This document shows positions 57,224 to 64,000 of a DNA stretch of 64,000 nt, in pieces (position 1 is the stretch's first letter; each line of letters starts with the position of its first letter). Both the position numbers and the translations under genes were made by a program. Source of the stretch: an uncultured Gammaproteobacteria bacterium (GTDB lineage Bacteria; Patescibacteriota; Patescibacteriia; VMEV01; CAYQCH01); the NCBI GenBank assembly GCA_964352335.1, contig CAYGRO010000001.1:125942-189941 (forward strand). The letters run 5' to 3'. The notes under the pieces were generated by a model, which did no database searches, had not been told where the DNA came from, and worked only from the letters and a program-made list of their open reading frames with translations.

Positions 57224-57901
57224 TTACTGCCGAAGCAGAAACTCAACCACGCATAGCGACGACGAAGCCGTTAGCATGATAAAAAAGTTGTCAGCAGGGG
57301 TAAGATGCCCTGCAAATGGTCCGCTGCGAATTGTCCATTGCTTGGTTTTCAACTCTACAATGGAGCAGAGGATACCAGAGACAAGTAAGAGAGGCCAAAG
57401 CTTCATCTTATAGCAAAGCGCTGCTACGAGAAAAGCTGTTCCAGCACAGGTGAACGTTCCTTCAACCGACTTTCGGGAGTTACGCCACCTCGTTTTCACC
57501 TTGCTCGCTTGTCCAACAAAAGCAGCGGCTGGATCGCACCATGCTGTGACGAGCAAAGCAACGGTCACGACAAATTGTGGAAAGAGGGTCACACAAATAG
57601 CGCATCCCACGAGAAAATCCACCATAGTGGTTCGACCACCAGCAGTTTCATGTTCTCGCTCCAGACTCCTCACCAATGGAATCGTTACTCGTTTTCTGAG
57701 CCACTCATACCCAAAAGAGAGTAAGAGTGCCGACCAGATGATGAGGACCTTTACCTCCCAGCTTTCCAAATACCAGTTTAGGGCAGCGACCCCGCTTATC
57801 GATCCGGCATGCCAGATCTTACGCAAAATCTCTACTTCCTGGCAGAAATCAAAAAAGCGAGTGCGGGACTTCCCCAGCAGTCGCAAGACAAACTCGGGCA
57901 T
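57224..57901 (-). CDS. Dolichol/phytol kinase-like membrane protein
   Basis: E..RK.WH, D.AAA.VG, KSVEGT and DN motifs; GAAAGGAG RBS. Confidence 0.8.
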   Translation of the reverse strand: MPEFVLRLLGKSRTRFFDFCQEVEILRKIWHAGSISGVAALNWYLESWEVKVLIIWSALLLSFGYEWLRKRVTIPLVRSLEREHETAGGRTTMVDFLVGCAICVTLFPQFVVTVALLVTAWCDPAAAFVGQASKVKTRWRNSRKSVEGTFTCAGTAFLVAALCYKMKLWPLLLVSGILCSIVELKTKQWTIRSGPFAGHLTPADNFFIMLTASSSLCVVEFLLRQ

Positions 57902-58048
57902 GAACACACTCCTTTCGTGGTATAACTCTATCAAATTCTCCTTTTATTGGAAATATTGAAATCATACCTATTTTCTGGTAGAGTTACACCACTTTAACCT
58001 CTTTACAGGGCCTCTTTTTTTAACAAAAAAAGCCCGTTTTCTAGCATT

Positions 58049-59584
58049 ATGTCTGCATACGAAGCTATTATCGGACTAGAAGTCCATGTACAGCTAAAAA
58101 CTAAATCAAAAATGTTTGCCCCGGTAGATAATCGAGCAGACGAATTACCACCAAATACGGCTATTAGCCCCTATTGTTTAGCACACCCAGGAACATTGCC
58201 AGTCGCTAACCAACAAGCTATTGAATGGTCTGCCATGACCGCAATGGCGCTAAATTGTGAAATCCCAGAAGTTTCAAAATTTGACCGAAAACATTACTTT
58301 TACCCTGATCTTCCAAAAGGATACCAAATTTCACAATTCGACCAACCAATTGGAATCAATGGAAAACTCAAAGTAACTTTAGAAGACGGAATACAATCTG
58401 AAATCCGCGTAAACCGATTGCATTTAGAAGAAGATGCAGCCAAATTAACGCATTCTGACCAAGGAAGTTTTGTCGACTTTAATCGTGCAGGAACACCATT
58501 AATGGAAATTGTAAGTGAAGCAGATATTCGAAATGCAGACGAAGCTAAAGCTTACTTGCAAGAAATCCGAGCGATTGTTCGATACCTTAATGTATCAGAC
58601 GCCGATATGGAAAAAGGAAATATGCGTTGTGATGTAAATATTTCTTTACGACCAATCGGTGAATCGCAACTATATACAAAAACAGAAATCAAAAACGTAA
58701 ACTCTTTCCGTGCTGTAGAACGCTCTATTAAATACGAAATCGCTCGTCAAACCGAACTTTGGGATGAAGGAAACCCACCAGATATTACAACAACACGTGG
58801 ATGGAATGACACATTACAAAAAACGGAAGAACAACGAGAAAAAGAAGATTCAGCAGACTATCGATATTTCCCAGAACCAGATTTACCCCCTATTCGATTT
58901 GGCTATAATTTAGATGAAGATGCCAAATCAAAAGGTGTAATCGATTTACGCTTGCTTGAAGCAGAATTACCAGAACTTCCAGCAAAAAAACGAGATCGTT
59001 TTATGGAAGAATATGGTTTAACTCCTACGGAAGTAAGTGCTTTTGTATACGACGTTGATTTAGCTGGATATTTAGAAAATGTTATTTCTGAATTACAAAA
59101 TTGGTGTAAAGATGCCAATATCGACTGGGAAAAAGACAAAAGTAAGTTGATTAAATCAGCAAGTGGATGGATGACAAGTAAATTAATGAAAATTTTACTT
59201 GACGAAGACCTGCCTGCCGGACAGGCAGGAAAGAATATCACAGACACTAAAGCAGACCCAGAAAACTTAGCAGAGTTGATTGTGATGCTTCATAAAGGAG
59301 AAATTAATTCTTCTATTGGTCAAAAAGTTCTTCAAATCATGCATGAAACAGGTGGAGACCCTAGCAATATCGTAGAAACAAAAGGTTGGGGGCAAGTAAA
59401 TGATGAAGGAGCATTAGAAGAAGCCGCTAAAAAAGCGATTGAAGACAATCCAAAAGTTGCTGAAGACTATAGAAATGGAACAGAAAACGCTATTCAATTC
59501 CTTTTAGGACAAGTGATGAAAAATACTCAAGGAAAAGCGAATCCTCAGGCTGCGATTGAAACCTTGAAGAAGTTGCTTTCATAA
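58049..59584 (+). CDS. gatB: Asp/Glu-tRNA amidotransferase subunit B
   Basis: IGLEVHVQL, YFYPDLPKGYQISQ, HLEED and DYRYFPEPDL motifs. Confidence 0.97.
   Translation: MSAYEAIIGLEVHVQLKTKSKMFAPVDNRADELPPNTAISPYCLAHPGTLPVANQQAIEWSAMTAMALNCEIPEVSKFDRKHYFYPDLPKGYQISQFDQPIGINGKLKVTLEDGIQSEIRVNRLHLEEDAAKLTHSDQGSFVDFNRAGTPLMEIVSEADIRNADEAKAYLQEIRAIVRYLNVSDADMEKGNMRCDVNISLRPIGESQLYTKTEIKNVNSFRAVERSIKYEIARQTELWDEGNPPDITTTRGWNDTLQKTEEQREKEDSADYRYFPEPDLPPIRFGYNLDEDAKSKGVIDLRLLEAELPELPAKKRDRFMEEYGLTPTEVSAFVYDVDLAGYLENVISELQNWCKDANIDWEKDKSKLIKSASGWMTSKLMKILLDEDLPAGQAGKNITDTKADPENLAELIVMLHKGEINSSIGQKVLQIMHETGGDPSNIVETKGWGQVNDEGALEEAAKKAIEDNPKVAEDYRNGTENAIQFLLGQVMKNTQGKANPQAAIETLKKLLS
59209..59229. repeat. 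CPR-type palindrome inserted in frame in gatB
   Basis: CCTGCCTGCCGGACAGGCAGG (21 nt, encoding LPAGQAG); intergenic relative at 59627-59646. Confidence 0.75.
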
Positions 59585-59723
59585 ATGACCTCTCTGTCTC
59601 TAGTCGCTACCGCTCCGCGAGACATCCCTGCCTGCCGGCAGGCTGGTCTCCTTACGGGCGTTGCCCTATGAGAGAAATACATCATATAAATTTTACGTTT
59701 TTACACTTTACACTTTTACACCT

Positions 59724-60227
59724 ATGTCTGAAGAAGAAACAAAACAACCCTTTGCACAAACAATGAACGATCGAATTGCGGATACAACAATTCAAGATCA
59801 AATCGATAATGACTATAAAACAGCCTTTAAAGCAAAAGAAGAAAAGAAATATAAGGCTTTACGACATGTTTTAGCCAAGCTTAAACAAGTAACTATTGAT
59901 ACTCGAAAAGAACTAAATGACGAAGATATTATTAAAATCTTAAAGTCAGAAGTGAAAAGCCGAAAAGATGCTTTAGAGCAATTTAAAGCAGGAAAACGTG
60001 ATGACCTAATTGAACAAACTGAATACGAAATCTCTGAAATTGAAAACTATCTTCCCGCTCAAATGTCAGATGAAGATTTAGAAAAAGCTGTTAAAGAAGC
60101 TTTAGCAGAATCAGGAGCAACAAGCCCTGCAGATATGGGCAAAGCTATGGGTGCTGCGATGAAAAAAGTTGGAAGTGATGCTGATGGAGGAAGAGTGAAG
60201 GAGATGGTGAGTAGATTACTTAAATAA
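59724..60227 (+). CDS. GatB/YqeY domain protein
   Basis: K.R.DA.EQF..G.R.DL...E..E...YLP.Q and DMGKAMG motifs. Confidence 0.92.
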   Translation: MSEEETKQPFAQTMNDRIADTTIQDQIDNDYKTAFKAKEEKKYKALRHVLAKLKQVTIDTRKELNDEDIIKILKSEVKSRKDALEQFKAGKRDDLIEQTEYEISEIENYLPAQMSDEDLEKAVKEALAESGATSPADMGKAMGAAMKKVGSDADGGRVKEMVSRLLK

Positions 60228-60292
60228 AACTTAAAATCTGAAAAGCTAAAAAACTGAAAACGCCCCACTATTTATTTTTCATCTGATAAATT

Positions 60293-60652
60293 ATGAGTGG
60301 GCGGAAATATCAACAATTAGAAAACCGAACAACGGAATTTGCAAGAAATGTTGTTCGGTTTTCATATACTTTAAAAAATGACTTTTTGATCAAACCAATA
60401 CTGCTACAAATAGTTCGATCATCATCGTCAATTGGAGCAAACTATCATGAAATGAATGAATCTAGAACAATTAAAGAAAAAATACATATACTCTCCATCA
60501 TCAAACGTGAGATAAATGAAACAGTTCACTGGCTCTCTATTCTAGAAGTAGCAGAAAATGTTAATAAAACAAGACTCACCTCCTTAAAAGCTGAATGCAA
60601 AGAACTAAAAAATATTTTTGTCACAATCCTATTTGCACTAAAACGAAAATAA
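60293..60652 (+). CDS. Four helix bundle protein (23S rRNA IVS-encoded-like family)
   Basis: L..RT..F, Q..RS.SSIGANY.E and E..ET..WL motifs; flanked by inverted periodic repeats. Confidence 0.9.
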   Translation: MSGRKYQQLENRTTEFARNVVRFSYTLKNDFLIKPILLQIVRSSSSIGANYHEMNESRTIKEKIHILSIIKREINETVHWLSILEVAENVNKTRLTSLKAECKELKNIFVTILFALKRK

Positions 60653-60684
60653 CAATTTTTTTAGCTTTTTAGTTTTTCAGATTT

Positions 60685-61689
60685 TTAGCTTTTATGATGT
60701 AAAAATTCTTTTGTAAGTTTTTGAGCTTCACCAAGCTCACACCACCTCACATCCCCATGTTTTCTCCACCAAGTAAGTTGTCTTTTGGCATAGTGACGCG
60801 TTACCTTTTTGCTTTCTTCCAAGGCTTGCTCTAAAGACCATTCACCTTGTAAATATTTCCCTATTTGCTGGTATGCATGCCCTGTCATGGCAACAACATC
60901 ATATCCATATTTTTCTCCCACAGCTTTTACTTCTTCGACTAATCCGAGTTCTACCATTTTATCTACACGTTGGTTAATACGATCATAAACTTCTTCTCGA
61001 TCAATTGTTGGCGCTAAGTAAAGTGGTTGATATTTAGGATCTAGCTTATTTAAAGATTTATTCATTCTCCCTTGAACAGCAATTTCAATAGCTCTAATCA
61101 TTCTTCGTCTATTGGTTAAATCAATTTTTTTTGTTGACTTACTATCTACTGCATCTAAATACCGAATAAGCTCTACATCACTTAATCGATCTAATTCATT
61201 TCGTAATTCTTTATCTGGTTCCACTTCTGGAATTTGCCAATTTTCTAAAATAGCTGATGTGTACAGAGATGTCCCGCCAACTAAAATTGGTGTTTTCCCT
61301 CTTTGGATAATATCTTCAATAATTCCAAAAGCAAGTGTTTGAAAATGCGCTAAAGTTAAAACGTCAGCAGGAGAAACAACACTCATCATATAATGAGGAA
61401 TTCCATCTACTTCATAAACTGACTCCACCGCTTCTTGTAAAGATAATGGAGAACTCATTTGCTCTAACTTATCTTCGTATTCATCAAAAACCCAATGCTT
61501 AACATCATTGCGCTCAGTGTGAACAAGTTTACCTGGTTCTTTATTTGTCCCAATATCCATTTCTTTATAAATTTGTCGAGAATCTGCCGAGATTACTTCC
61601 CCATTAAATTTTTTTGCCAAATCTAAAGCCATATCAGATTTCCCTGAAGCTGTTGTTCCGACGACAGCAATGATTTTGGGTAAAGACAT
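60685..61689 (-). CDS. miaA: tRNA dimethylallyltransferase
   Basis: GTTASGKS, SADSRQIY..MDIGT.K, VGGT.LY and YAKRQLTW motifs. Confidence 0.96.
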   Translation of the reverse strand: MSLPKIIAVVGTTASGKSDMALDLAKKFNGEVISADSRQIYKEMDIGTNKEPGKLVHTERNDVKHWVFDEYEDKLEQMSSPLSLQEAVESVYEVDGIPHYMMSVVSPADVLTLAHFQTLAFGIIEDIIQRGKTPILVGGTSLYTSAILENWQIPEVEPDKELRNELDRLSDVELIRYLDAVDSKSTKKIDLTNRRRMIRAIEIAVQGRMNKSLNKLDPKYQPLYLAPTIDREEVYDRINQRVDKMVELGLVEEVKAVGEKYGYDVVAMTGHAYQQIGKYLQGEWSLEQALEESKKVTRHYAKRQLTWWRKHGDVRWCELGEAQKLTKEFLHHKS

Positions 61690-61806
61690 AAATGGGATAT
61701 GGGTTATGAGTGATGAGTTACAGGTTTCAAGTTGAAGGTTAAAAGTTCGGGGTATTCATACATTAGTAAATTGGCATCATATCAAACGAAATCACAGGAA
61801 TAAGAA

Positions 61807-63156
61807 CTAAACAAGCTCCCCTTTCATTCCAAATGATTTAACTTCGATAATGCTCACATCAACAAATTGCCCGGTATAATCTCGAGCAGAATCGAAATGA
61901 ACATTTTTCCAAAGGTCCGTTTTTCCTTTATTCGTCTTGATCCCATCTTTCCCTTCTTTGATTTCATCAACAAGAACACGAACCGATTTTCCTACATAGG
62001 GCATATTCTTTTCCAAAGCAGTTTCTTTCAAAATTTCATTAACGGCTTCTTCTCGTCTTTTCTTTTCATCCCATGGAATCGTATCTTCATATTTTCGTTC
62101 AGCTACTGTTCCAGGCCTAGGAGAGTATTTGTTTAAATAGGCCATATCGTACCGAACTTCTGACATTAAATTTAGCGTTTCTTGAAATTCTTCTTCTGTT
62201 TCTCCACAAAACCCAACAATAATATCGGTAGATAATGCAATAGGGTTTAATAATTCTCGAATTTTAGCTACACGTTCTTTATAATGCTCGACCGTATAAT
62301 GTCGATTCATCTTTTTGATGATAGCATTTGAACCAGCTTGAACAGGAAGATTAATCCAATTTACAATTTTTTCATTCTTCGCCATGGTTTCAATCAATTT
62401 ATCTGACATATCATAAGGATGGCTTGTCACATAACGAATCCAAAAATCACCTGGGATATCTGCCACCATTTGCAAAAGATCAGAAAAATCGATTGATTGT
62501 TGTGGCGCTTCTCCAGCTTCCTCAGCTTTTCTATTCATGACAAGTAATCCACGTTTTTCTTGCTCAATATCGATCTTTCCTAAATAGCTATTTACGTTTT
62601 GGCCAAGTAAAGTGATTTCTTTATATCCTTGCTCCACTAACTTTTTACATTCATTCACAATATCTTGTGCTGGGCGAGAAATTTCTCTTCCTCGAGTATA
62701 GGGAACAGCGCAATAGGTACAAAATTTATCGCAACCAGTCATGATTGGAATAAAGGCCTTGAATTCTGAATTATGTTTTGGCGCTACAGCAAAATAATGT
62801 TCTAAATCTAAAGCAGCTCCTTCACCCAATACTTCTGGAATTTTTGGAATATCTTCTAAGTCGACAATATGGTCAAATTCTTTTCCAAGTCTTTCTCGAT
62901 CATGTTTTAAAATACATCCAGTTAAAATTGTTGTTAACTCTCCTTTTTCTTGCCTTGGCCGCCAATGACGCAACATTCCATAAATTCTATCCATAGATGT
63001 TTGTCTAATTGCACAAGAATTCACAACCAATACCGAAGCATCTTTTTCGTCTATAGCTTCTGAATACCCAATCGATTGAAAAACCGAAGAAACCCGTTCG
63101 GAATCTGAACGGTTTTGCTGACAACCAAGTGTAAGAATATGATATTTTTTCGACAT
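61807..63156 (-). CDS. miaB: tRNA-2-methylthio-N6-dimethylallyladenosine synthase
   Basis: TLGCQ.N..DSE, GCDKFCTYC.VP and YSPRPGT motifs; TRAM domain. Confidence 0.94.
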   Translation of the reverse strand: MSKKYHILTLGCQQNRSDSERVSSVFQSIGYSEAIDEKDASVLVVNSCAIRQTSMDRIYGMLRHWRPRQEKGELTTILTGCILKHDRERLGKEFDHIVDLEDIPKIPEVLGEGAALDLEHYFAVAPKHNSEFKAFIPIMTGCDKFCTYCAVPYTRGREISRPAQDIVNECKKLVEQGYKEITLLGQNVNSYLGKIDIEQEKRGLLVMNRKAEEAGEAPQQSIDFSDLLQMVADIPGDFWIRYVTSHPYDMSDKLIETMAKNEKIVNWINLPVQAGSNAIIKKMNRHYTVEHYKERVAKIRELLNPIALSTDIIVGFCGETEEEFQETLNLMSEVRYDMAYLNKYSPRPGTVAERKYEDTIPWDEKKRREEAVNEILKETALEKNMPYVGKSVRVLVDEIKEGKDGIKTNKGKTDLWKNVHFDSARDYTGQFVDVSIIEVKSFGMKGELV

Positions 63157-63325
63157 AAAAAACACTTTCTTTGAAGTACTACAATACAAGAAAACAGGCC
63201 TAATTGTCAATGAGGTTTTGACAACTTAACACCCCCTAACCCCCTCCATTCTATAGAGGGGGAAGAAAATGTGTCTAGTATTACCTTCCCCTTCTAAGGT
63301 AGGAGGGGGACTGAGGGGTGGTAAA

Positions 63326-64000
63326 TCACAGCGTATCTTCAATCGTAAATGGAACAATAGTCATTGCGAAGAGAAATATCGCTAAAGTCATAAATACATG
63401 GCCTAAACCGAATCCTAGTGCCAAAATAAGGGATGCCAATACCGGACTAATCATATAAGCAATTGACCGAGTATTTCTAAACAGATTAATCAAATCTAAG
63501 TCTGTTTCATCCACTTTTTTATAAAAGTAGACATCACGCATAATTTCTACAAAAGCAGCACCAATTCTTGAACAAAATAAAACTAACATCATTCCCCAAA
63601 ATGATGAGGCATATAATAACGCTAAAACTGAAATCCCAATAATGGCAAACCCTAAAGTAAGCATTTCTGTTTCCCCAAAATATCTATCAGCAAGCCATCC
63701 AGCTGGATATTCAATCAAAACAAAAGGCACAAGCATAACGGTAAAGAGTGAACCGATTTGCTCCCAAGAAAAACCAGATTCTAATAAGTAAATAGGCGTA
63801 TAAATAACCATCCATGAATAAAATAAATACAAAGCAAAGGCAATAAAATAAATTCCACGTAAATCTTTATCTTGATGTACTTTTTTTATTGTTGCTAATA
63901 ATTTAGCATGCGGTTTGAATGTAGTGTGTTTTTCGTTTTTATAAGCAAAAAAGATCATTAACCATACAGGTATCAAGATAATCCCCGAAACAAAATACGC
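63326..64000 (-). CDS. MFS transporter, C-terminal part (5' end outside the window)
   Basis: PAGWLADRYFGE motif; TM helices. Confidence 0.85.
   Translation of the reverse strand, partial: AYFVSGIILIPVWLMIFFAYKNEKHTTFKPHAKLLATIKKVHQDKDLRGIYFIAFALYLFYSWMVIYTPIYLLESGFSWEQIGSLFTVMLVPFVLIEYPAGWLADRYFGETEMLTLGFAIIGISVLALLYASSFWGMMLVLFCSRIGAAFVEIMRDVYFYKKVDETDLDLINLFRNTRSIAYMISPVLASLILALGFGLGHVFMTLAIFLFAMTIVPFTIEDTL

Overview
64-kb chromosomal segment of an AT-rich bacterium. It is most likely Patescibacteria/CPR (ABY1-like), inferred from the GYILLQVExHGEAWY surface repeats, the LxGAGC lipoproteins, the long tmRNA tag and the CCTGCCTGCCGGCAGGC palindromes. The backbone is housekeeping: mutM, hpf/raiA, glyQS, argS, smpB-ssrA, infC-rpmI-rplT, rlmN, csoR-copZ-copA, dcd/thyA/folA/dgt/tmk, gatB, miaA and miaB. 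Accessory elements are interleaved: (1) an integrase-less ~4.7-kb islet bounded by a 61-bp tRNA-Asp direct repeat, carrying a five-gene operon (HD hydrolase, SAM methyltransferase, truncated AlaRS paralog, MccF-type S66 peptidase, anticodon-less AsnRS paralog). This resembles an aminoacyl-nucleotide toxin/immunity system and is the best candidate for an undescribed system. (2) A three-attC integron cassette array with no integrase. (3) Four promoter-led, hairpin-rich regions without a convincing ORF, one carrying aberrant tRNA-like cloverleaves. (4) A triple ATP-grasp operon. (5) A Cys/Gly/Glu-rich micro-peptide next to a GRDP-like domain gene. (6) Many GC-richer ORFan micro-cassettes and several palindromic repeat families, plus a RAYT transposase. 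All calls come from reading the sequence by eye; no searches were run.
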